From the UHGV virus genome UHGV-1781188: a DNA stretch of 20,865 bases; one strand, given 5' to 3'. A program made the translations under genes and the position numbers. Every line of letters begins with the position of its first letter. Within the stretch, counting starts at the first letter, position 1. Below are positions 1 to 7,614 of the stretch, piece after piece. A model generated the notes under the pieces. It was not told where the DNA came from and did not search any database. It saw only the letters and a list, made by a program, of their open reading frames with translations. The DNA comes from a virus.

Positions 1-22
1 ACCACACAAAGAGAGAAAGAAA

Positions 23-241
23 ATGACAACCCGTAAAATTAAAGTTGTTTGCATTGAATCGACTGGGGGCGCTTTTGTAGTTGGTCAGGAATATAATGCG
101 GTTTTAATGGGTACGGATTGGAAGGTTAAAGGCCTTAATGGTTACGAGTACGGCACTACTTGCGGCTTGCGTGGTCGAATCGGATACGTGAGTTTAGACA
201 ATAAAGAAAAATTTGTTTTCGACACCCTTGTGAGTAAATAG
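23..241 (+). CDS. hypothetical protein (72 aa)
   Basis: ATG at 23 preceded by purine-rich SD-like stretch (agagagaaagaaa); intact ORF; no recognisable motif. Confidence 0.55.
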   Translation: MTTRKIKVVCIESTGGAFVVGQEYNAVLMGTDWKVKGLNGYEYGTTCGLRGRIGYVSLDNKEKFVFDTLVSK

Positions 242-318
242 CATGAATTGCTAAAGACTGATCTGCGAACTGCTGTATTATCAACTAATCAAAACGAACC
301 ACATAAAGAGGAAACATC

Positions 319-582
319 ATGAAACGTCTGGATCAGCTTAAATTAGTTCAGTACATGGCCTACAGAATTCTTGAAGTCCAAAAAGGTAGCAAAAAAGAGG
401 TTTGCGAGAAAGCTTATAAGATCTTTACCCGCAAAAAAGATGACTGGATGCTACGCCAGACCAAAAAGGCTGACATCTTGGGGTACCTGGAAGAAGAGAT
501 CCGCCTTGAAGAGCAAGAAGAGATCCGCCGTAGTGAGGCAGATTATCAGGCAGCTTGGGAAAGCTGGATGAGTAACAAATAA
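319..582 (+). CDS. hypothetical Lys/Glu-rich protein (87 aa)
   Basis: ATG at 319 with SD aaagagga about 7 nt upstream; charged helical-looking sequence. Confidence 0.6.
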   Translation: MKRLDQLKLVQYMAYRILEVQKGSKKEVCEKAYKIFTRKKDDWMLRQTKKADILGYLEEEIRLEEQEEIRRSEADYQAAWESWMSNK

Positions 583-597
583 TACAACAAGTTGCAC

Positions 598-626
598 GAT
601 CAGGGGGGCAATAAAGCCCCTTGATC
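598..626 (+). terminator. imperfect GC-rich hairpin downstream of CDS 319-582 (weak terminator candidate)
   Basis: gatcagggggg / ccccttgatc arms around a 7-nt loop; no clear U-tract. Confidence 0.25.
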
Positions 627-650
627 ACATAAAAATTATGCTATCCTTGG

Positions 651-679
651 TTGACAAGGATCGGCAGTTTTGCTATATT
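651..679 (+). promoter_or_regulatory. sigma70-type promoter
   Basis: TTGACA (651-656), 17-bp spacer, TATATT (674-679), about 50 nt upstream of CDS 729. Confidence 0.55.
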
Positions 680-728
680 CTTTTTTGAAGGGAAGTTGTA
701 AGAAAATTAACTAAGAGGTAAAAACACC

Positions 729-1148
729 ATGAACATTAAATCTAATAATCCGGCATATAGCTTTGATAACGCTTTTTGTCACGGTCCGGCGGCGAAAGGA
801 TTCGAAATCGATGGTAAACTAATTATTGTCAATGTTGACGGGGAAGAGGTTGCAGTATATCCGGTGGCAGACGTTAAAAGCCGTTTGCAATGCCGCATGG
901 ATGTTACCGCCTACCAGCTTGATCCGGTCCGCATAGTTGCCCTGGTCCTGGAGGAAGAGATCAAAGCCATGCATCATAGCAACAAGTTTATCGGTGACGC
1001 GCAAGATAATATGAAGGTATGCCGCTATAAAGTTAATGAAGTGCTTAAAGAATATGGCTTCAAAGATCTGATGATCAAGCGTGATGAAAAATTCCGTTAT
1101 CGTAACGACCTGGCAAATCGAATCTATGAAATATACGAATCATTATAA
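729..1148 (+). CDS. hypothetical protein (139 aa)
   Basis: ATG at 729 with SD taagaggt upstream; intact ORF followed by terminator. Confidence 0.65.
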   Translation: MNIKSNNPAYSFDNAFCHGPAAKGFEIDGKLIIVNVDGEEVAVYPVADVKSRLQCRMDVTAYQLDPVRIVALVLEEEIKAMHHSNKFIGDAQDNMKVCRYKVNEVLKEYGFKDLMIKRDEKFRYRNDLANRIYEIYESL

Positions 1149-1166
1149 TTTCTTAACTAAACTATC

Positions 1167-1199
1167 AGGGGCTTTAAAAGGCCCCTTTCTTTTTGTCTG
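1167..1199 (+). terminator. rho-independent terminator
   Basis: GGGGCTTTT / AAAAGGCCCC near-perfect hairpin followed by tttctttttgtc. Confidence 0.6.
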
Positions 1200-1802
1200 T
1201 ATTTCTCCTACCACAAACGGCCCAGCCTGGCAAGTGGAATAATTGACTAGCCATCAATCCAACACACTGTACAAACATACATGTAAAATAACTATTGCAT
1301 AATTTTTCATTGTGTGGTAGCAGGTCCATTTTTACCCGCTTTTCCTTCCAAAACTGCATGCAATTCCGCTATTGCACAAAATTTAACCTGATGCACAATA
1401 TCTCTTTCTTGTCAACAACTAAAAATCTTTATAAGTCATACACTTACATAACTACAAAAGCGTGTTCTACGTGAAAAATCGAGTATAACTATAGCCGCCA
1501 GATCTCAGAATTTACGTACGCTCACCATTCTATAGCCAGCTAAGTATTTATTCCGACCATAGAATAACGGAATAGTCAATATCTGCATAAAATAATTATT
1601 CGTGTAAACTGCATAACATAAATCAGCTCAGGTGTCAACATTTTTCGTAAACAGTCCGAAATTATCACGATGAGTTATCATAAACAGAGAAATCTTTAGT
1701 CGTCTAATGTTTACTGTACATTACTATACTGACTGGAATCATTAGATGACTAAGAGAAAGATAAGAAATAATTAATAGTGTAATTATTTTACCTGTAACA
1801 AT

Positions 1803-1980
1803 AAGGCAACTATGCAAACGAATGGCATGGCGCGACGGAGTCGCGACATAATATAAAAGCAGTAACCATCACCCCCGTGATAGTTTGTCTGCAATCTATT
1901 AATCAGATCATAGTTGCCTTGTATTTAGTTAATCATGACATAACAAGCAAGGCAACTATAGATCTTCTAATAGTTGCCCT
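1803..1980. repeat. 11-bp iteron AAGGCAACTAT, four copies in alternating orientation
   Basis: direct at 1803-1813 and 1949-1959; reverse-complement ATAGTTGCCTT at 1910-1920 and ATAGTTGCCCT at 1970-1980 (1 mismatch). Confidence 0.6.
1812..1831. repeat. 20-bp direct repeat, copy 1 (ATGCAAACGAATGGCATGGC)
   Basis: identical 20-mer recurs at 2073-2092. Confidence 0.7.
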
Positions 1981-1996
1981 GCTTTTATATTATGTC
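1845..1996. repeat. 18-bp perfect inverted repeat pair flanking the iteron cluster
   Basis: GACATAATATAAAAGCAG at 1845-1862 and its exact reverse complement CTGCTTTTATATTATGTC at 1979-1996. Confidence 0.7.
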
Positions 1997-2013
1997 ATAG
2001 AAACACCCGAAGG

Positions 2014-2030
2014 GGTGACCAAAGGTCACC
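2014..2030. repeat. perfect palindrome GGTGACC-AAA-GGTCACC
   Basis: 7-bp arms, 3-bp spacer; flanked by cccgaagggg. Confidence 0.6.
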
Positions 2031-2072
2031 TGGCATAGCCAGCGAAAGATTATTAACTTGCTAATCGTTATC

Positions 2073-2092
2073 ATGCAAACGAATGGCATGGC
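2073..2092. repeat. 20-bp direct repeat, copy 2 (ATGCAAACGAATGGCATGGC)
   Basis: identical to 1812-1831; followed by TTATAAT. Confidence 0.7.
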
Positions 2093-2183
2093 TTATAATT
2101 TTTGAGCAAATAGTCTATACGTGAACAGTGAGGCATGCAATAGTAACAATTGTTATTGTATCCAGTGTGTTGAGTATGCCCAG

Positions 2184-2221
2184 TGTGTCACTATTATGTC
2201 ATATTATGTCACAGTATGTCA
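2184..2221. repeat. four helically phased short repeats (TGTGTCA, then TATGTCA x3 at 10-bp period)
   Basis: TGTGTCA 2184-2190; TATGTCA at 2195, 2205, 2215; TGACATA (reverse) also at 1936-1942 and TATGTCA at 1991-1997. Confidence 0.6.
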
Positions 2222-3536
2222 GACAAGTTTTCCTCCTCTTTGTCAAGTGCTGCATGAAAAATTTACAAACTGGTATGGTAGCATTTTTGCGGCCCTGTTT
2301 ACATTCAGTAATGTATGTATAATCCTTGTTGTGTGGGCGTTTAGACGTCTAGACGGTCAGAAGTCCGCAGGTCAATAACTAATCTATCGGCTGCTAACTA
2401 TATCCCACACAAATAGTAAGAAATATAATTGTTATGTGTGTAAACAGTAACTCATGTTATCAATCCCTGTATGGATCGCCAGTGGTGCGCATAATGGGTA
2501 TTATGTTAAATTGCCCGTAATGATAACAGTTCTCACAATGATAGGTATTCTCATTCACCCCCACAAGATAGGTTGCAAATGTTGTGCCACTGTGTGAACG
2601 GCCTCACCTATTAATTTGCCTCACTGCCTCGATATTTGAGAATTGTTATAAGAATGAGAAGTATTCCCATTTCGTCCGCCTGGCAGCACTCCAGTCGCTA
2701 CCGGCTCCTGACAGGGAGGCACTCCTGTCGGTCAGGTCAAAATCATGGTATAACTGGACCTGTTCAGATATTTCTGGCTGGCTCTTCAGGTCTGTGTGGG
2801 AAAAGCCAACCTCTCAGGCGGGGCAGGGGGGTCATGACGGGAAAATTGCAGGTCAATTAAAAAATTTACGTGGTGTATGAAGCGCTCTTCAGGTAAGGCA
2901 TGTATTATGGGATGAAACCCTCTTCAGGCAATGATATTTGTGGGTGTGATATTTGCTGGAAAGCCAGATATGACGGGACTCCCGGCTGGGCAGGGGTAGT
3001 ACAGACAGGGGAAATATGGAGGATGTAGTTGGGTGAGTTGATCAGACAGGTTGGGTATAGATATGTTACAAGTATGTTAAATATGGAGGGTGAATATCTG
3101 TAGGATTTATGTGTAAAATCAAAGACTTAAGTGGTGTTGTGGTATTTTCTATAAATAATTCAAGTTTAATAGGTAATATTTGTCTCTGTCCGCTTTGTGT
3201 GGTAAGCAAATTCAGATGGTGTTGGTTTACAAGTGTATACATAATATACAAATTAAAGATACAAGAAACCCCCCTCCCCCTTCGGCTACCATTCACCTTT
3301 TCCTCTGACTGGTACTTAAACACTTATTCAGACTCTTCAGGTTATCACCCATATATCATATGGCAGTGACTGGTGTCCTCCGGCCCCTCTTTCGTCACCC
3401 GTCCGCTTCGCCATGCTAATGCCATAGCCAATGGTTCGGTTGTTCACCCTGTTCACTCAGGTGTATCTCCATACCCCTTCAAACCGAAGAGAACAGAAAA
3501 CCCGAATTACTCGGTAAAAGAAAAGAGAAGAACTTA

Positions 3537-3564
3537 ATTTTATCAGGATAGGCAAGAATGTCAA
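3537..3564 (-). promoter_or_regulatory. sigma70-like promoter directed into the non-coding region
   Basis: minus strand TTGACA (3564-3559), 16-bp spacer, TAAAAT (3542-3537); no convincing CDS downstream. Confidence 0.4.
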
Positions 3565-3691
3565 GGCATGACTGCTCACTAAACAAGCAAACAGTCATGT
3601 GTGGGAGGTAAGTGATTGTGGTGGTAGGAAATTTAGTTGAAAGATGTGTTATAGGTGCTTCCAGCACTTTAGCCGGGCAGCTAATTGTGTG

Positions 3692-3907
3692 TCAGTCCAG
3701 CGGTTCATCCTCTACTTCACTGAAATCAATGTTCATGGTCTCTTCCCAACCATCGATCTCAGCACAAGAGTGGAGTTCTTTAGGGTTTACTCCCAAAGCC
3801 TCAGCAACAGAGTCTATATTTAACACCTCTGGCAGGTATGATTCATCGAATTCAAGGTAAATCAGGCCACGAGTGTTGTCAGCTCCACCAAATATCTCTA
3901 TCTTCAT
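3692..3907 (-). CDS. small acidic protein (71 aa), MKIEI-type N-terminus
   Basis: ATG with SD agaggaga upstream; acidic C-terminus; N-terminus resembles other MK(I/V)(E/K)I genes in the block. Confidence 0.6.
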   Translation of the reverse strand: MKIEIFGGADNTRGLIYLEFDESYLPEVLNIDSVAEALGVNPKELHSCAEIDGWEETMNIDFSEVEDEPLD

Positions 3908-4026
3908 AAAATCTCCTCTGGGAATGAGAGTGTGAACAGGATTATACGTCCAAATGCGCAGGAATTATGCACGTTTGCCTCTTCAGGCCATGCTTTAGCA
4001 TGAGGAACCTGTGTGGGCTCGGTGCT

Positions 4027-4239
4027 TCATAGTCTACCACCTCTGAACTCTTCGTGCTCAGGCATAATAGAGAACCAGATATCTACGATGTCCTCCCACG
4101 TCAGGTCATCAGCCTCAGGATCTGTCTGGGACGAAGATGAAGAGTCCTCAGAATCTAAGTTTTCCTCTTTAACTGGCTCATCCAAGGGACATATGGTCAC
4201 TCCTTCGGATGTCTCTTCAGATGCATGTGTGTTGATCAT
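4027..4239 (-). CDS. highly acidic Ser/Asp/Glu-rich protein (70 aa)
   Basis: internal ATG of track ORF 4027-4440; ATGA overlap with the upstream small peptide; about 20 D/E versus 3 K/R. Confidence 0.5.
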   Translation of the reverse strand: MINTHASEETSEGVTICPLDEPVKEENLDSEDSSSSSQTDPEADDLTWEDIVDIWFSIMPEHEEFRGGRL

Positions 4240-4337
4240 GTTCCACCTGTGAGTATTCCGGCAACAGCCGCTATGGACGTAATGATCATCAGGATCACCA
4301 CTAAAACTTCGGACAATGTTCTCATAGTGTATTCCAT
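4236..4337 (-). CDS. small hydrophobic peptide (33 aa, one predicted TM helix)
   Basis: MEYTMRTLSEVLVVILMIITSIAAVAGILTGGT; SD ggaga 5 nt upstream; promoter 4358-4386 just upstream; stop overlaps the next start (ATGA). Confidence 0.45.
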   Translation of the reverse strand: MEYTMRTLSEVLVVILMIITSIAAVAGILTGGT

Positions 4338-4357
4338 ATTCTCCAAATGATGTGTGG

Positions 4358-4386
4358 ATATTATCACTGGAGCTGTAATGTGTCAA
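4358..4386 (-). promoter_or_regulatory. sigma70-type promoter
   Basis: minus strand TTGACA (4386-4381), 17-bp spacer, TAATAT (4363-4358). Confidence 0.55.
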
Positions 4387-4555
4387 TAGAAACGCCGCGA
4401 GGGTTTGGTTAAAATCCGAGCGTATGGTGATTTGGGTCAAAACGGACGTGCGTTCTCGCTACGCTCGAAATATGGAGTTGTTTGTAGGAAGCTCTTAAAC
4501 GCTCTGTAACGAGATTATCTGTCCAAGGTATGCAATCGTGCACCAGACAAAGAAA

Positions 4556-4575
4556 AGGACGCCACAGAGCGTCCT
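4556..4575 (-). terminator. rho-independent terminator
   Basis: aggacgc / gcgtcct stem, 6-nt loop; on the minus strand followed by ttttctttg; directly after CDS 4600-4899. Confidence 0.6.
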
Positions 4576-4599
4576 AGGTGTCTTAAATTTGATATTTTG

Positions 4600-4899
4600 C
4601 TATACCCATGAGGGCTTATCAAGGTTGGAGTAGCTAAAAGGTGTCAAAAGGTGACTGTCAAAATCTCTCAAACTATCCAAATCTTTTTCCTCGTCCTGAC
4701 ACCATCTGTGCCTACATTTATTGTTGTAGTGCATAGAATGCATAGCGTTCTGCAACTTAACAGGCACAAGTGATTCAGGAGTAGTTAGTATTGTTGGGTA
4801 TGCCAGAACCACCTCAAACAGTGGAAACACATCGAAACTAAAGTCTACCTCTGCAGAGGTTGATGGCATGTAGGAGTATTTAGCCGCCTTTGTAGACAT
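4600..4899 (-). CDS. hypothetical protein (99 aa)
   Basis: start moved to MSTKAAKY (SD gaggtgg upstream), which overlaps the stop of the upstream gene. Confidence 0.55.
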   Translation of the reverse strand: MSTKAAKYSYMPSTSAEVDFSFDVFPLFEVVLAYPTILTTPESLVPVKLQNAMHSMHYNNKCRHRWCQDEEKDLDSLRDFDSHLLTPFSYSNLDKPSWV

Positions 4900-4907
4900 A
4901 ATCCACC

Positions 4908-5240
4908 TCACACAGGTTTGATAATACCTTTACCGAATAACTCTTCGTATCTAATCTTGTCCGGATCCCACTCCTGGATAATTTCGAAGACAATATCCAA
5001 CCCGGGAACAATCACTTCTCCAGTGTCAAGCTTAGCAAGAACAAAACCGGAAGGTTGAATGGTTTCCCAGTTACGGCGATCAGAATAAAATACTTCGAAA
5101 ATATCGCCAACCTCAATCCGTTTCTGTTGCTCAAGATGCTCAAGGTTCTCTTTCATACGGATGCAGCGTATTTTTCGTGCAGGCCATAGACCACCTGCAT
5201 CACGTTCATTCAATTCTTTTACAGTGATCGGTATACCCAT
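4908..5240 (-). CDS. hypothetical protein (110 aa)
   Basis: start moved to MGIPITVKE (SD ggaggaga 6 nt upstream); the track start lies inside the terminator hairpin. Confidence 0.6.
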   Translation of the reverse strand: MGIPITVKELNERDAGGLWPARKIRCIRMKENLEHLEQQKRIEVGDIFEVFYSDRRNWETIQPSGFVLAKLDTGEVIVPGLDIVFEIIQEWDPDKIRYEELFGKGIIKPV

Positions 5241-5265
5241 CTCAAATCTCCTCCATAGATAGTAA

Positions 5266-5291
5266 AAAGAGGGGCCCAAGCCCCCCTCTTT
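5266..5291 (-). terminator. rho-independent terminator (possibly bidirectional)
   Basis: aaagaggggc / gcccccctcttt hairpin; on the minus strand followed by TTTTT; directly after CDS 5296-5601. Confidence 0.6.
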
Positions 5292-5295
5292 GTCA

Positions 5296-5601
5296 TTATT
5301 CTACAGAGCGTTTGAACAGAATGTCTGCCTCGGACATGTGCTCAACCTCTTCTTCGATTTTAGCTCGACGTTTTTCAGCCTCATAGCGAATATCAAACTC
5401 GGTAGCAACCAGAGATTTGATGAATTTAGGAGAATACAGGTGATCCTGCTTCTCAACGAGAATGATATCCTTAATGGCATCTTTCAGATCTTTAATCTGA
5501 AGTTGGAGTTCCACCAGTTCTTCGATTGTTTTGCGAAGGCGATCACGCTCTGCAGTGTCAGAAGGAAGAGAGGTGAACAGTTCAACTTTAGATTTAGCCA
5601 T
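5296..5601 (-). CDS. hypothetical charged coiled-coil protein (101 aa)
   Basis: ATG with SD aaggaga upstream; heptad-like charged sequence. Confidence 0.7.
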   Translation of the reverse strand: MAKSKVELFTSLPSDTAERDRLRKTIEELVELQLQIKDLKDAIKDIILVEKQDHLYSPKFIKSLVATEFDIRYEAEKRRAKIEEEVEHMSEADILFKRSVE

Positions 5602-5629
5602 AGTAAGAGTCTCCTTATGTTGTTTTAAA

Positions 5630-5881
5630 TTAACGTTCTACAAAAATACCGTTCAGTTCAATAACCAGGAATTTCTGGTCTTCACTATCGTCACGAGCCA
5701 GCACCTCACAGACGTAACGGTCATCTCCGTCATCATCACAGTCAAATACAAGACTGAGGACTTTATCATGATAAACCTTCGCCACTACCGCCTCGTAAGT
5801 ATTGCCGATTGTGAATCCAAGATAATCTCCAATGCATTTGACAACAACATGATCACCAGCATTCAAGTCAATCTTCGTCAT
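5630..5881 (-). CDS. hypothetical protein (83 aa)
   Basis: start moved to MTKIDLNAG (SD aaggagcg upstream); contains a DDDGDD acidic patch. Confidence 0.65.
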   Translation of the reverse strand: MTKIDLNAGDHVVVKCIGDYLGFTIGNTYEAVVAKVYHDKVLSLVFDCDDDGDDRYVCEVLARDDSEDQKFLVIELNGIFVER

Positions 5882-5984
5882 TACTGCGCTCCTTGGGTAA
5901 TAATACTGTATGTAAAACTTTAACCAGAGATGTGAATAACGCCCCAAAACACACCGATAGCGCTAAAACAGACAAGGCCATCAT
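5868..5984 (-). CDS. small hydrophobic peptide (38 aa)
   Basis: MMALSVLALSVCFGALFTSLVKVLHTVLLPKERSNDED; its stop overlaps the start region of the next gene; weak SD. Confidence 0.35.
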   Translation of the reverse strand: MMALSVLALSVCFGALFTSLVKVLHTVLLPKERSNDED

Positions 5985-6036
5985 TAAAGCTTCAGTAAAA
6001 TCAGTCACCCCTCACCTCTTGTTAGTCACTATACTG

Positions 6037-6300
6037 TCATTTATCCTTGCCGTCAAGAACTTTTTTAAATCTTTCAGGGATATCGCCTGTTCTTAGATAG
6101 CTCATGACCTCACAAGGTTCCCACTTAAATTTCTTACAAAGCAGGGCGGCTGAGATTGTTTCATTGCGAAAAGAAAGGATATTAATATCCCATTCTGAGA
6201 ACCCCAACTTCCGAAGGGTAGCTACAGAAATCCTCACCGCAACCCAGCAGCAAAAACATGCAACAAACGCCACTGCTATAACCCACATCAGGATGTTCAT
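6037..6300 (-). CDS. membrane protein (87 aa), N-terminal TM helix
   Basis: MNILMWVIAVAFVACFCCWVAV hydrophobic N-terminus; SD gaggtg upstream. Confidence 0.6.
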   Translation of the reverse strand: MNILMWVIAVAFVACFCCWVAVRISVATLRKLGFSEWDINILSFRNETISAALLCKKFKWEPCEVMSYLRTGDIPERFKKVLDGKDK

Positions 6301-6309
6301 ACAAGCACC

Positions 6310-6393
6310 TCACTGAAATACAAGACACAGTGTTAAGGTTACTGACCAGCAAATAATTAACAGTGCCGTTGCAACCTTGGCAAGATTTATCAT
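6310..6393 (-). CDS. small hydrophobic peptide (27 aa)
   Basis: MINLAKVATALLIICWSVTLTLCLVFQ; ATGA overlap with the stop of CDS 6390-6677; SD agaggc upstream. Confidence 0.4.
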   Translation of the reverse strand: MINLAKVATALLIICWSVTLTLCLVFQ

Positions 6394-6677
6394 AGTGCCT
6401 CTAAGATTTCATATCCTTCGGGTCGGAATACAAGCCACTCCGTGGCTCCGTTTGGTCGATACGCTTTATACAGAACAACCTGATCTCGGCACATGCACAT
6501 AGCTACATAGTTTTCATCCACACCTGCAGCCTGCATTGCAGCTTCTTCTCCGGCAACTGCTTTGCTTACAACCTCCTTGGTAGGCAGGTGTGCGATCAGC
6601 TCGTCACCATCATTAATTCCAAAATGACTGAGTTCTCCATTGGTATCTTTAATCTTAATCTTAACCAGATCTTTCAT
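6390..6677 (-). CDS. hypothetical protein (95 aa)
   Basis: TAATG overlap with the upstream gene. Confidence 0.7.
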   Translation of the reverse strand: MKDLVKIKIKDTNGELSHFGINDGDELIAHLPTKEVVSKAVAGEEAAMQAAGVDENYVAMCMCRDQVVLYKAYRPNGATEWLVFRPEGYEILEAL

Positions 6678-7006
6678 TAGTCTTCCTCCAGGTTCAAAGG
6701 CCCTAAGATTTCATATGCCAGATTAGAAGTTACCAGAGGGTCTTCTGCATCTTTAGTATTGTACCACCCGTGAATAACCAGAGTCCCACTTTGTTTCATG
6801 TCCAACTGGAACTCTTCTGCCGTTTCCTCATCCAGCTCCAAGATTTCCATGAGGTATTTGATGTTAGGAAGGTATGCAGCTGTTACAGTTCCCTCCACCA
6901 AACCTTCGGGCCAACCTACATCCGGATGACAAGTAGGAACCAAGTTGGTCAACTTAATGGTGTACGCTTTTTCTGCACGAGCCTTCAGTAACGGGTCAAT
7001 CTTCAT
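6677..7006 (-). CDS. hypothetical acidic protein (109 aa)
   Basis: TAATG overlap with the upstream gene; acidic C-terminus. Confidence 0.7.
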   Translation of the reverse strand: MKIDPLLKARAEKAYTIKLTNLVPTCHPDVGWPEGLVEGTVTAAYLPNIKYLMEILELDEETAEEFQLDMKQSGTLVIHGWYNTKDAEDPLVTSNLAYEILGPLNLEED

Positions 7007-7356
7007 TATTCGTCCTCCTCTTCGGTGCCTGCTTCCAGTAATAAGTTAAGAATATCTTCTGCACAAGGCTCATAGAACTCTTGGCCTTCATTATCGATGA
7101 TTTTGTAGTCATCTCCACGAATAATCAGTGGATCACTCTCAAAATTATCGAGACCTTTAACAACGACAACACGATCGATTGCCATCATTGTAAGAACTTT
7201 ATCGACATCTTCCTCTGCTACACCATACTGCAGCAGAATGTCTTTGGTAGGAGGAACAGCATCCACCACAACGCCGTTACCAAAACCTTCTGGAAGTTTA
7301 GCTAAAATATCTTCCGGAACCACATTCACATCAAAACCGGTAATTTCTACTTTCAT
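7006..7356 (-). CDS. small acidic protein (116 aa), related to family B
   Basis: MKVEITG N-terminus; shares a hydrophobic V-V-V-K-G core with 7357-7614 and 8781-9050; poly-acidic tail EAGTEEEDE. Confidence 0.7.
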   Translation of the reverse strand: MKVEITGFDVNVVPEDILAKLPEGFGNGVVVDAVPPTKDILLQYGVAEEDVDKVLTMMAIDRVVVVKGLDNFESDPLIIRGDDYKIIDNEGQEFYEPCAEDILNLLLEAGTEEEDE

Positions 7357-7614
7357 TTACAGCACCTCTTCGTCAACTACTTCATAAAAATGGCCTGGGA
7401 TTGCAATAGCGTTCTCACCTTCACCTACAAACACAGTTCCGTCAAGAATCAACATCATAAGAATGTCTGGAATATCCTCTTCCGGAACGTTGCCAAAACT
7501 TTTAATCAGTTTGTAGGTTGGAAGATTTACCTCTAAGATGTCACCATCTTTAGAACGGAAATCTACACCGTCCTGAATCTCTGCCGTTTCAAGGTTTTTC
7601 AATTTAATCTTCAT
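7357..7614 (-). CDS. small acidic protein (85 aa), paralog family B
   Basis: start at ATG 7614 (SD aggaga 7 nt upstream; track start 7617 is TTG); aligns with 8781-9050 at both termini. Confidence 0.7.
   Translation of the reverse strand: MKIKLKNLETAEIQDGVDFRSKDGDILEVNLPTYKLIKSFGNVPEEDIPDILMMLILDGTVFVGEGENAIAIPGHFYEVVDEEVL

Larger units (their letters stand above)
2782..3987 (+). repeat. 9-mer CTCTTCAGG, five copies in the same orientation
   Basis: copies at 2782-2790, 2885-2893, 2920-2928, 3333-3341, 3979-3987; none seen elsewhere in the window on either strand. Confidence 0.6.

Noticed and set aside
598-626. Strong intrinsic terminator after gene 319-582
   Set aside because: The hairpin is imperfect and lacks a U-tract; kept only as a low-confidence structure.
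2121-3369. Track ORFs in the non-coding region (2121-2378, 2128-2322, 2584-2880, 2636-2860, 3066-3323, 3109-3369, 3479-3667)
   Set aside because: No SD, low-complexity or repeat-driven translations, mutually overlapping frames; the region reads as non-coding DNA.
1200-3690. tRNA genes or a CRISPR array in the long non-coding region
   Set aside because: No cloverleaf-compatible GTTCGAATC-type T-arm with a matching acceptor stem, and no regularly spaced identical repeats with unique spacers; the repeats are iteron- or palindrome-like.
4027-4440. Single 137-aa ORF from the six-frame track
   Set aside because: Its 5' half contains a consensus promoter and a differently framed SD-preceded micro-ORF; the real gene most likely starts at the internal ATG (4239).
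5296-5601. Assigning the 101-aa coiled-coil protein to a known T4 DNA-binding family such as DsbA
   Set aside because: Only a vague pattern resemblance from memory; not enough to support a named function without a database search.
5290-5923. Plus-strand track ORFs 5290-5628 and 5531-5923 (and similar ones at 6770-6991, 7081-7305, 8763-9038, 10016-10333, 13683-14099, 16420-16710, 17564-18019, 19392-19817)
   Set aside because: They are antisense to better-supported minus-strand genes with SD sequences, paralogs or motifs, and lack ribosome-binding sites.
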